Assembly (NCBI RefSeq): GCF_036971445.1
Contig: NC_091477.1
Coordinates: 4,898,001-4,962,000, forward strand
Origin: Narcine bancroftii
Taxonomy: Eukaryota
DNA length: 64,000 nucleotides
Reading direction: 5' to 3'
This document shows positions 1-10,719 of this stretch, piece by piece. The number at the start of each line of letters is the position of its first letter. Positions within the stretch are counted from its first letter, which is position 1. A model generated the notes under the pieces. That model made no database searches. It worked only from the letters and a program-made list of their open reading frames with translations, and had not been told where the DNA came from. The translations under genes and the position numbers were made by a program.

Positions 1-60
1 GCGGTCGTTGCTGCCTCCCATTGTGGCGTTCTCTACCAATAAGAAACGATGACGTCGCAA
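1..60 (+). promoter_or_regulatory. Divergent CSE-like Pcdh promoter (TTGTGGCGTTCTCTACCAATAAG) plus CRE-like TGACGTCG
   Basis: 21-43 aligns with TTGTGTCGCTGTCTACCAATAAG of the downstream paralogs; lies ~220 nt upstream of the ATG at 255. Confidence 0.7.
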
Positions 61-254
61 GGGATCTACCCACACCATAATTATCAAACACAGTCCAGAA
101 TCTCCGACAAAGAGACGATGTGACTGGGCTAACAACATGAGACAAGCGAAGTCCTGTTTGTTTGATGAGTTGATTTACACCCTTGGTCGGGTCGAACGAG
201 GTAAACGAATCGAGTGCTTCTGAATAGGATGCAGATACATTGTATATTCAAGCA

Positions 255-2654
255 ATGGCGAATGCGCATTGCACCGAAGCATATTTGTTATATTCAATTT
301 TTCTCGCCAGCTTGGTTCTTGGACAAATAAATTACTCCATTCCCGAGGAATCGGAAATCGGATCCTTTACCGGAAACATTGCTGAAGATTTGGGGATAAA
401 GCTTCGTGAACTATCCGACCGAAGGCCGCAACTGCTCCAACGTGAGACGAATCATTATTTCGAGTTCAATATGCAAAACGGAATTCTATTTGTCAGCAAA
501 AGAATCGACAGGGAAATGCTTTGCTTGGAGGTCTCTATCTGTTCTATATCGTTAGATATTGTGCTGGAAAACCCATATGAAATATTTCCCCTTGAAGTGG
601 AGATATTAGATATAAATGACAACTCACCGATTTTCCCAACCGACGTTATTTCTTTGCAGCTCCCTGAAATACTTGCTCCGGGAGTCCGCTTCCCTCTCGA
701 GAGCGCGCATGACCGAGATGTTGGTTCATACTCCATCGCCAGTTACCATCTTAGTCATAATGAATTTTTCAGCCTTCAAATTCAGGAAAGAAAAGATGGA
801 AGAAAAATCGCTGAACTGCTTTTGGAGAAATCCTTAGACCGCGAAAAGAATCCGTCTTTTGAATTAATATTGACGGCTGAAGATGGTGGGATCCCATCAA
901 ATTCCGGTACGAGTAAGATTTTTATTACTGTTACAGACATAAATGATAACGCACCTGTTTTCGATCAAGACATTTATAAGTTAAGCGTGTTAGAAAATGC
1001 ACGACTTGGTATGTTACTGATCACATTAAACGCTATTGATTTAGACGAAGGCCCAAACGCCGAGTTTAAATATTCCTTCAGTAATTATGCCTCTCAAAAG
1101 GTACGGGAGCTATTCCATTTGGATGCTAAAACAGGAGAGGTCAAAGTTCAAGGTTTACTAGATTTTGAAACTGCACACGATTATGAGCTTGATGTCCAGG
1201 CTATGGACAACCTTCCAAATGTGGGACATGCAAAGGTTCTGGTGAGCATAGTTGACGTGAATGATAATGCTCCCGACATTAAGCTGGCGTCAGTAATGAA
1301 ATCGATTCCAGAAGATGCAGCAGAAGGTATTGTCGTTGCTATTTTCGGAGTAACTGACAGGGATTCTGGAGAAAATGGGCTCGTTCGCTGTCAGATTCCT
1401 ATGGATATGCCATTTAAGCTGGAAACGACTTTTTCTAATCATTATAAGATAACGACCAGCAAGAAACTTGATCGCGAAACAATTTCACAGTACAACATAT
1501 CCATTTCGGCATACGATGCTGGAATGCCCTCTCTCACTACAATTGAAACGATCACCGTTTCAGTTTCGGACGTAAATGACAACATTCCGCAGTTTGCCCA
1601 GTCCACGTATGATGTATATCTGATGGAGAACAATGCCCCAGGCGGATCTGTTTTCTCTGTTTCCGCGTTGGATCCTGACTTAGAAAAGAATGGGGATGTC
1701 ACCTACTCTATTTTGGATAACATGCCGCAAAACCAGCTTCAGCCATCTTATTTTGCAATTAACTCGAAAAGCGGCAACATATTTGCTCTGCGTTCCTTTG
1801 ACTATGAACAATTGAAGAAGTTCCGCTTCACAATTTTAGCTCAGGATGCCGGGTCCCCGTCGCTAAGCACCACTGCTGTTGTGAGGATTATTATTTTGGA
1901 TCAAAATGACAACCCACCATTCATAATATCTCCGTCTACGTGGAACAGTTCAGCGTCATTCGCAATGGTGCCGCGTTCAATACCCCCCAGCTACTTAGTC
2001 GCCAAGGTTATTGCAAATGACGAAGACTCCGGGCAAAACGCACGACTTTCCTTTGAGATTATTGATGCCTCCGATATCAATCTTTTCACCGTGGGGCAAC
2101 ACACTGGGGAAATCAGAACTACTCGGACTTTAACGAAAGACGACTCTGCAACACAAAAATTGGTGGTCCTGGTAAAAGATAATGGTCAACCAAGTCTCTC
2201 AAGTACAGTTACAATCCATGTCTCATTCACAGAGAACGGCACAGGAAATCCATCAGAGCGTTCAGAAAATCAGAAAAATGTGGACTATTACCCAGATCTT
2301 AATATATATTTAATTTTAATTTTTGGATCAACTAGCCTCATATTTCTCCTTATAATCATCTTATTGGTTGTCATAAAGTGCAAGCAAGATAGAAGCAGGA
2401 ATATTTACCATAGATCGTCAACTTATTGTTGTTGTAAACGAAGTAATTCCAATCCCGTCCTTCATAGAAGACCTGTCATAAATGAGTCCCAAAATTATTA
2501 TGCAGGTGGCCAGATGTTGGCTAAATCAGACCCTTATCATTATACTGTTCGATTATCGCCGGCTTCATCCAAGAGCGATTTTCTATTTCTGTCGAATTGC
2601 CAGCCAACACTAACGTTGAATGATATTAGCACTGACAACTCAGTTGGCAAATAG
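255..2654 (+). CDS. Clustered protocadherin variable exon 1 (distinct paralog class; no canonical donor at end)
   Basis: Signal peptide, YSIPEE start of EC1, six cadherin repeats (DRE, DxNDNxP, AxDxG), TM segment, cytoplasmic YHYTVRLSPASSKSDFLFL; first ATG at 255 (ORF track starts on TTG at 240). Confidence 0.95.
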   Translation: MANAHCTEAYLLYSIFLASLVLGQINYSIPEESEIGSFTGNIAEDLGIKLRELSDRRPQLLQRETNHYFEFNMQNGILFVSKRIDREMLCLEVSICSISLDIVLENPYEIFPLEVEILDINDNSPIFPTDVISLQLPEILAPGVRFPLESAHDRDVGSYSIASYHLSHNEFFSLQIQERKDGRKIAELLLEKSLDREKNPSFELILTAEDGGIPSNSGTSKIFITVTDINDNAPVFDQDIYKLSVLENARLGMLLITLNAIDLDEGPNAEFKYSFSNYASQKVRELFHLDAKTGEVKVQGLLDFETAHDYELDVQAMDNLPNVGHAKVLVSIVDVNDNAPDIKLASVMKSIPEDAAEGIVVAIFGVTDRDSGENGLVRCQIPMDMPFKLETTFSNHYKITTSKKLDRETISQYNISISAYDAGMPSLTTIETITVSVSDVNDNIPQFAQSTYDVYLMENNAPGGSVFSVSALDPDLEKNGDVTYSILDNMPQNQLQPSYFAINSKSGNIFALRSFDYEQLKKFRFTILAQDAGSPSLSTTAVVRIIILDQNDNPPFIISPSTWNSSASFAMVPRSIPPSYLVAKVIANDEDSGQNARLSFEIIDASDINLFTVGQHTGEIRTTRTLTKDDSATQKLVVLVKDNGQPSLSSTVTIHVSFTENGTGNPSERSENQKNVDYYPDLNIYLILIFGSTSLIFLLIIILLVVIKCKQDRSRNIYHRSSTYCCCKRSNSNPVLHRRPVINESQNYYAGGQMLAKSDPYHYTVRLSPASSKSDFLFLSNCQPTLTLNDISTDNSVGK

Positions 2655-3420
2655 AAAGCTGGCATTAAATTTGACTCTGTGATCGATATGTGAATTTGTG
2701 AGCTGATAAAATGCATAAAATCATTCATTGGATTATTTTGTATATTGCAAATTTTAGTTTTACGTGGAAGGCATAGCTTTCCATCCTAATTAATAACTAT
2801 TCTTTCTTGACATCTCGCTTGCTTCTTGCTTCTTTGATATTAGGATTTGAAAGCTTAATTTTTATGGTAGCGTTTATCATAGTTAGTTACGGAATGAACG
2901 TTTTTCACGTGTGAACTCAGAGACCAATATATTCTAGATGACCTAACAAAGAAAGTTTGGAAAACCCACCTCCGAGAGTTTGGGGGAGTTAGTAAAGACT
3001 GAAAAATCTGTCATGTGAAAACTTAGATAAGATATGAGTAAATTTTCCCTGAACCAGATCAACGTTATCATGGATGACACTTGACATGAAATTGCTCCTC
3101 TCTCTCCTCCTAACTCGTAATGAGAAATTGTATCTAGAAATCTATCTTTATCCGTAGCTATGCGTGGTAGTGAACGTCCGAGATCCCCATTCTACTGTTG
3201 AAAATATTTCTCCCCATTGTTGTCTGAGTCGAGCCATTTCTCACAACGGAAGGTTTGGTTTGTGCTTTCCGAGTAAATAACGCCAAACAATATTTAAATA
3301 TATCTGTAGCGATGCTATGTTCACATGCTTTGAATTTAAGTAATCTATTCTGCTAAATTGAGTGTCAGTGGCCAACCCATTTTAAATTATGGTAATTAAT
3401 GGAATAATTAATTGAATAAT

Positions 3421-3647
3421 GAGGCCCTAGTTATAACAGGCTAGAATGGTTCAGCTAAGAGAACCTAATTCGACATAGAGAGACCACCTCAGAACCATGA
3501 GCTATGAAATGGAATTAGCCAGTCTAAGTTTGCAGAGGCCCTAGTTATAACAGGCTAGAATGGTTCAGCTAAGAGAACCTAATTCGACATAGAGAGACCA
3601 CCTCTGAACCATGAGCTATGAAATGGAATTAGCCAATCTAAGTTTGC
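3421..3647. repeat. Direct tandem duplication of a 114-bp unit
   Basis: GAGGCCCTAGTTATAACAGG... starts at 3421 and again at 3535; about 2 mismatches. Confidence 0.9.
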
Positions 3648-5426
3648 TCAGTGTGGATGGGATTGGTACTGCAGCAAATCTGGACATGTATAATGCTGTT
3701 TGTAAAATACTTATTTTAAAGTATAAGGAAGAGTATACGTTTTACTTTGCCTTACAATACTATTTGCTATTCCAAGTAAAGAAACGTTGTGTGCAGAGGA
3801 ATGTTAATTGAAGTTGAAAATAAAATCCTGAGGAGGTAAACATGTTTGAGTAATTTTTCGCTCGTGTGCACAAGTCAAAACATTTCTTAGGATCTAACTA
3901 ATTACTGGGATGTGTGTCTGCTGGATGAGATGAGGGTTTCTTCTTGGGTCAGTTTAAAAAGATGCGACAACAATAAAAGTAAACCTGTTTAGCTGTGGCA
4001 AGAAGTGACGTTCATTGGAAACTAAAATTGAAATTTTGCATCGACAGGAAGAGAAAGGAAATTGGCAGAATCTATGGCAGCAGAATGTTAGAAATGGGCA
4101 TTTTAATCAGAAAAATTGTGGGGAAAGAGCCAATGGTGTATTTAAGAAGTATTCGAATGGAAGAATATGATCAATTAGACTGCAATGTCAGAAGTAAACA
4201 AAACTTTATTCTCTCTCATAATAGATATTTTATTGAACCACATGTCTACATTCAACTGAATATCTCTAGTCTGACTGTTAAGGCAGTGTTGAGGAAGCAT
4301 TCAACGCCTTTGCACGATTTTAAAAATAACATCAGCAGATTTGGAAGCACTGTTTCAAAATAGACGGGAAATAAATCGAAATGCATAAAAGCAGCATCTT
4401 GGTGCAATGAGGCTAAAGGTTGAGATACAAACATGCCGATATTGTGCCTTTCCTTTCCACAATGGTCCCAATTGGTTAAAGGAAGCGTGACATCACATTG
4501 GAGTGGGAAGACAAGGAGATCAACCAGGATATTGCATGGACTGGAGAATTTCTGCAATAAATTTAAATTAATTGCTTGTTTTCAGCAGATTCCTGAATAA
4601 AAATGATATGAGAAGAAGGGACGTATGGGAGCATGAAAGTAACATAGACCTATGAGGTAAAGTGAGGGACTACAAGGGAGAGTTAACAGTAATAGGACAT
4701 ATGAATATTGATATCGCCTGATGGAGACTGTTGAGAAGAATTATAATGTATTGTTCCTCCAAGGTGTAGGTGGGCTCAAATTGGAAATGGAATTGGAACA
4801 GACATATCAGTGTATTAATGATACGTGGAATTGAATTGGTTTTCCATGGGAATATTCTGGGGATTATTCATATTTTCTCATTTATTTCTGACAATTGATT
4901 TATTTTCTGTCTTTCAGAGAAGAATATTGGAAAGTATTTGTTTAATTCGTCTTTATTTTCCATATTTACCATTATGAATTCCCTGTGTCTTGCTGAAAGC
5001 GAAGATACTTTGCCCTTCAGCTAAGCCAAATATTACTTCAAAACCTAACTCTGCCATTTCTAGGAAAGGAAATCATGGCTTACAATAAAGGTGAGTAGGT
5101 GTGGACGGAGGTAATGAAGGCGTGGGCCCAATCAGTGGTATTTTCCAGTGAGACTGATAAATATGCAGTAATTAGAATAAGAAAAAAAACATAATAATCG
5201 TTTTCCAAAGTCTCACTATCTAATTCCCTAACGCTACCTCAATCATTATTTTGTACACACAATTGGACACGGAGGCAGCCTGCTTCCTTAGGTTTCTCAT
5301 CTGTTTATTCTTAGATTTACTTTATGTTCTAACATGATTTCATTGCACGATCACTGATCATTTCGGTCATTTCGTGCGAAATCTTACCATATTTACTATG
5401 TTTGTTTGGTAGAACTGTATTTTATA

Positions 5427-5958
5427 NNNNNNNNNNNNNNNNNNNNNNNNNNNNNNNNNNNNNNNNNNNNNNNNNNNNNNNNNNNNNNNNNNNNNNNNNN
5501 NNNNNNNNNNNNNNNNNNNNNNNNNNNNNNNNNNNNNNNNNNNNNNNNNNNNNNNNNNNNNNNNNNNNNNNNNNNNNNNNNNNNNNNNNNNNNNNNNNNN
5601 NNNNNNNNNNNNNNNNNNNNNNNNNNNTAGCCATTCAACCATCAATATAATCATCCGTCCACCCACCCATCCATCCATCCATCTGCCCATCCATTAATCC
5701 ACCCATCCACAGAACCACAATCTCTCTATCTCTCTCACAATCTACGCATCCATCTACCTATCTATTAATTGTCCGTNNNNNNNNNNNNNNNNNNNNNNNN
5801 NNNNNNNNNNNNNNNNNNNNNNNNNNNNNNNNNNNNNNNNNNNNNNNNNNNNNNNNNNNNNNNNNNNNNNNNNNNNNNNNNNNNNNNNNNNNNNNNNNNN
5901 NNNNNNNNNNNNNNNNNNNNNNNNNNNNNNNNNNNNNNNNNNNNNNNNNNNNNNNNNN
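5427..5958. other. Two assembly gaps (N runs) flanking (CCAT)n simple sequence; further gaps near 12.5, 30.0 and 39.5 kb
   Basis: N runs visible in the sequence. Confidence 0.95.
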
Positions 5959-6349
5959 AAAATAATTGTTATTTCTTTACATATCAAACATTACTTCAGT
6001 ATGTTTCCTAAGACATAATATTTAATGTAATTTTCCAATCAACCATAGCAAATCCAAGCTTCGTATCCTGATTATTTGTTCCTCAGTTTCTATAGCAACA
6101 TCACAATACGGCAGTATTTTAGGACTTTTCTCCTGTTAACTCAATCAAATATGAAGAAGTTTAGGACAACCAATGCGAATACAACACAATTTTATTAGCT
6201 TTGCAAAGTAGGTTCTCCGTTACATGAGAAGACCTGTTATAACCTGTTGTAACCTTCAGGAAAGCCAACAAGCGTCATTCTATGGAACAGAACATATCTA
6301 AACAATAGGTAAGGAAAGAAAACTACATTTGCTGGAACGTCCTATTCTT

Positions 6350-6465
6350 ACTCTTCTCTCACCCAACCCCGTGCGCTCTCTCCATCTCTCCTTACCTCCC
6401 TCCATCAGCCTCTCTCTCTCTCTCCCTCCCTCCATCACCCACCCTCTCTCTCTCCCTCCCCCTCA

Positions 6466-6528
<63 letters not shown>

Positions 6529-6545
6529 GCTCTTCTCTCTCTCTA
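6350..6545. repeat. (CT)n / pyrimidine-rich microsatellite
   Basis: Direct inspection. Confidence 0.9.
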
Positions 6546-6990
6546 TGATGTTTGGTGATGACGCTGTTGAAATTTACACATATGCTTGTTATAAGTTTTC
6601 TGGCACAAAGAGATCAAAGGCACAATAGAGTACACGATAGATTCAAATTCAAAAAGGAAAATTCCAATAATCAGCAGGTCAGAATTCATTTGTTTTGAAG
6701 CACATAAAATTATACCTTCTCTAAGAATTCGTGGCGAAATTTAAAAAGAGTGAGATACACAATAAATTTTACACTATTGCAATTGCAGGAAGTCCAGGCG
6801 AATGTCATTAGATTAGAATGTTTTGTGTTGAGATGGACATTAGAAGAGATTTGTGATGAACAACATATCTTTCGTGTTTTGTACTACATCTTCTGTGCTG
6901 AAATTATCTTTTATCCATTACTTCAGTTCTGTTGTCTCTGTTTCAATAGAACTATGGGACTTTTAGTTCATGATGTGTGATTTAACTTTC

Positions 6991-7800
6991 GAGCATAGAA
7001 CATTAGAGCACAATACTGGGTCTTCGGCCCACGATTTTGTGCCTATCTATATAAACCAAACCCTGCCCTATCTCATACCCATAATACTCTATTTTCCTTA
7101 CAGTCATGTCCGAGCTGGGTATCTTTTTAATGTTCCAAATGTAACAGACTCCACCACTAACCTGGTGGTGCATTTTACTCTGTGTGGAAAAAAAACATCC
7201 CGGGCATCTCCCCTGAACTTTGCCCTCTGCTGTTTATTGGTGCCACACATCCCGTAGAAAATATGCTGGGTGTCCATCTTTTTTGTGCCTCTCATAATTT
7301 TGTACAGTGCATTAAGTCTACTCATATCTTTCTTCACTCCAAAGAGAAAGCCTGAGCAGTCAACTTTGACTCTTAGGACAAGTCCTTCAAAATCTAGGCA
7401 ATATCCTGGAAAATCCCCTCTTCATCCTCTCAAAACCTAGCACATTCTTCTACTGAGATAACCAAAACTGAACACAATATTCTGTGTGACCTAAACAAAG
7501 TTTTATAGATGTACAACATTACTCCACTGCTCTTGAATACCCCCCCCCCTCCACTAATGAAGGCTTGCATATCATAAAACTTCTTAACTACCCTATGAAC
7601 CTGCACAGACCCAGGAATTTGGACGCCATGGTCTCTTTATTCTTTCACACTGTTAAAAATCCTACCATTAACCATGTAATCCACCTTCAAGTTCGACTTT
7701 TAAAAATGCATCACTTCACACTTAGCCAGATTGAATTCCATCTGCCACAACTCAGCCAAACACTACATCCTGTCTCTATTCTATTGTAATCTAAGACAAC
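6991..7800 (-). mobile_element. Degenerate CR1-clade LINE 3' fragment
   Basis: Tail (CATAGAA) and GGGTCTTCGGCCC 3' end; minus-strand translation YKIMRG..RGDARDVFF resembles the CR1 ORF2 C-terminus. Confidence 0.65.
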
Positions 7801-7805
7801 CATCG

Positions 7806-8038
7806 GTGTAGGTCATTTCACAGATACTTAGAGTTCACATCTTATTTCAAATGCAAGAGGTTTGCTGAAGCCAGACATTCAGGCACCAGTGGCTTTGCAA
7901 ATAACAATGGAAATGCTTTGGAAAAAATTTCAAAAGCAGGTGCAAATGGAGAAGGCACGGCTCAAGTGCTGATAAAGATCATTCAAGGATTGGGTTTGGA
8001 GCCTTGGGTAAGGGGTTTTACGAGGAGAGAGAGAGAGT

Positions 8039-8088
<50 letters not shown>

Positions 8089-8799
8089 AGAAATTAAAAC
8101 AACAGGATTTCTCTTAGAGGGAGAGAGACTTTAGTTCTACAGTGGTTTTTTGAGGCTGGAACATGGCAATCTGGCAGGCTTGTTGAAAACCCCATTTTGA
8201 AGATGGGTTGTAAGTTCTATGTTCAACCTGTTCAAACCTTTGTTGTCCTTACAAGAGGAAATGGCTGGCAAGGGTGTTTCTCCTGAAATAAGGGAAACAA
8301 GAGGAACTCCGTGGTGACCTGGAAGAAGAGGTTATCATTTTGAAACCAATGATGGGGCAAATTTCTTTAGCACATCACAGAAGTGATTGATCGGAGGAAA
8401 TCTGCTTGTGTGTGTACAAGGAGCAACAAAAATTTATCTGAAAACAACAAGAACCTTCCTGAGCGGTAACCATTTACCGCTCATCAGCAGCAGAGCCTGA
8501 TGAAAATTCATAAATGTTAAATTCTGTGCACATTGTAAGAGTTGCCTGGTACTGGTGAACTTGATGAAGTGAGAAGTGAATTATTGGAAAGAACTTTCCT
8601 GAACATATACACATTACCTACACGTGTGCTTAAATTAGAAGGGAGTAAAATGATGTTAAGTTAAGTTAATAGTAATAAGTTGAAGTTTGATCCTGTTTTT
8701 ATGTTTAAACAAAATTAAAAGCAACTTTTGTTTAAGTAACCATTTGTCTTGATGAATTTCTATTGCTGCTGGGTTTTAGGATCCTCTGGATTCATAACT
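7806..8799 (+). mobile_element. Solo LTR (5'-truncated, Gypsy-like), containing a (GA)n tract
   Basis: Reverse-complement homology to the elements at 25155-25925 and 26948-27953 (e.g. TTGTTTAAGTAACCATTTGTC, GCTGCTGGGTTTT..CCTCTG..TCATAAC end). Confidence 0.7.
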
Positions 8800-8826
8800 A
8801 AATATATATATTTAACATTCTGCAAT

Positions 8827-10310
8827 TCTTTTTCTTTGGCTTGGCTTCGCGGACGAAGATTTATGGAGGGGGTAAAAAGTCCACGTCAGCTGCAGGCTCG
8901 TTTGTGGCTGACCAGTCCAATGCGGGACAGGCAGACACGATTGCAGCGGTTGCAAGGGAAAATTGGTTGGTTGGGGTTGGGTGTTGGGTTTTTCCTCCTT
9001 TGCCTTTTGTCAGTGAGGTGGGCTCTGCGGTCTTCTTCAAAGGAGGCTGCTGCCCGCCAAACTGTGAGGCGCCAAGATGCACGGTTTGAGGCGTTATCAG
9101 CCCACTGGCGGTGGTCAATGTGGCAGGCACCAAGAGATTTCTTTAGGCAGTCCTTGTACCTTTTCTTTGGTGCACCTCTGTCACGGTGGCCAGTGGAGAG
9201 CTCGCCATATAATACGATCTTGGGAAGGCGATGGTCCTCCATTCTGGAGACGTGACCCATCCAGCGCAGCTGGATCTTCAGCAGCGTGGACTCGATGCTG
9301 TCGACCTCTGCCATCTCGAGTACCTCGACGTTAGGGGTGTGAGCGCTCCAATGGATGTTGAGGATGGAGCGGAGACAACGCTGGTGGAAGCGTTCTAGGA
9401 GCCGTAGGTGGTGCCGGTAGAGGACCCATGATTCGGAGCCGAACAGGAGTGTGGGTATGACAACGGCTCTGTATACGCTTATCTTTGTGAGGTTTTTCAG
9501 TTGGTTGTTTTTCCAGACTCTTTTGTGTAGTCTTCCAAAGGCGCTATTTGCCTTGGCGAGTCTGTTGTCTATCTCATTGTCGATCCTTGCATCTGATGAA
9601 ATGGTGCAGCCGAGATAGGTAAACTGGTTGACCGTTTTGAGTTTTGTGTGCCCGATGGAGATGTGGGGGGGCTGGTAGTCATGGTGGGGAGCTGGCTGAT
9701 GGAGGACCTCAGTTTTCTTCAGGCTGACTTCCAGGCCAAACATTTTGGCAGTTTCCGCAAAGCAGGACGTCAAGCGCTGAAGAGCTGGCTCTGAGTGGGC
9801 AACTAAAGCGGCATCATCTGCAAAGAGTAGTTCACGGACAAGTTTCTCTTGTGTCTTGGTGTGAGCTTGCAGGCGCCTCAGATTGAAGAGACTGCCATCC
9901 GTGCGGTACCGGATGTAAACAGCGTCTTCATTGTTGGGGTCTTTCATGGCTTGGTTCAGCATCATGCTGAAGAAGATTGAAAAGAGGGTTGGTGCGAGAA
10001 CACAGCCTTGCTTCACGCCATTGTTAATGGAGAAGGGTTCAGAGAGCTCATTGCTGTATCTGACCCGACCTTGTTGGTTTTCGTGCAGTTGGATAATCAT
10101 GTTGAGGAACTTTGGGGGACATCCGATGCGCTCTAGTATTTGCCAAAGCCCTTTCCTGCTCACGGTGTCGAAGGCTTTGGTGAGGTCAACAAAGGTGATG
10201 TAGAGTCCTTTGTTTTGTTCTCTACACTTTTCTTGGAGCTGTCTGAGGGCAAAGACCATGTCAGTGGTTCCTCTGTTAGCGCGAAAGCCGCACTGTGATT
10301 CTGGGAGAAT
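8827..10310 (-). mobile_element. Young 5'-truncated RTE-clade LINE (RT domain plus C-terminal Cys/His finger)
   Basis: Uninterrupted 477-aa ORF 8886-10319 with QCGFR, FVDLTKAFD, GVKQGC, LLFADD, YLG and CNRC..SHKRAC; (AAAGA) tail; 10-bp TSD ATTCTGCAAT at 8817-8826 and 10311-10320. Confidence 0.95.
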
Positions 10311-10460
10311 ATTCTGCAATATAATTAGGTTAAATCATAATTGGAAAGAAACGGTATTGATACATTTAAATAAAAGAAATTGACGAGCTCTCAGTAGAAA
10401 GCAAGGTTCATTTATTGATTTTGGTTAATATTTGGAAGGAAGTCAAAATTTATTGTGATC

Positions 10461-10520
10461 TCACTGCAGTTTTCGATGGGACACTCTGAGTTGCTGTCCA
10501 CCAATATGGTGCTGAAAGCC
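10461..10520 (+). promoter_or_regulatory. Decayed CSE-type promoter of the Pcdh pseudogene
   Basis: TCACTGCAGTTTTCGATGGGACACTCTGAGTTGCTGTCCACCAATATGGTGCTGAAA aligns with the intact promoters; CGCT is mutated to TGCT. Confidence 0.75.
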
Positions 10521-10719
10521 AGTCAGAGATCTATCACACATTCTTCCACTCCAACATGAGGACGCAGACATGGAAAAAGGGCCATTCTCCCTTCACTTTT
10601 TTCGGTATCCTGAGTTATTTGATTTATTTACAGATAATCTGAAATATTAATCGAAATGAAGCATTTCCATCATATAAAAATTCATCCCACTGTGCAAATA
10701 TCACAATCAGTGAGCAGAG

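Noticed and set aside
5367-6011. ORFs spanning N runs (also near 12.4, 30.0 and 39.3 kb)
   Set aside because: Artefacts of assembly gaps
8749-9334. Overlapping ORFs duplicated at 60174-60667
   Set aside because: Alternative frames of the same RTE element, not a duplicated host gene
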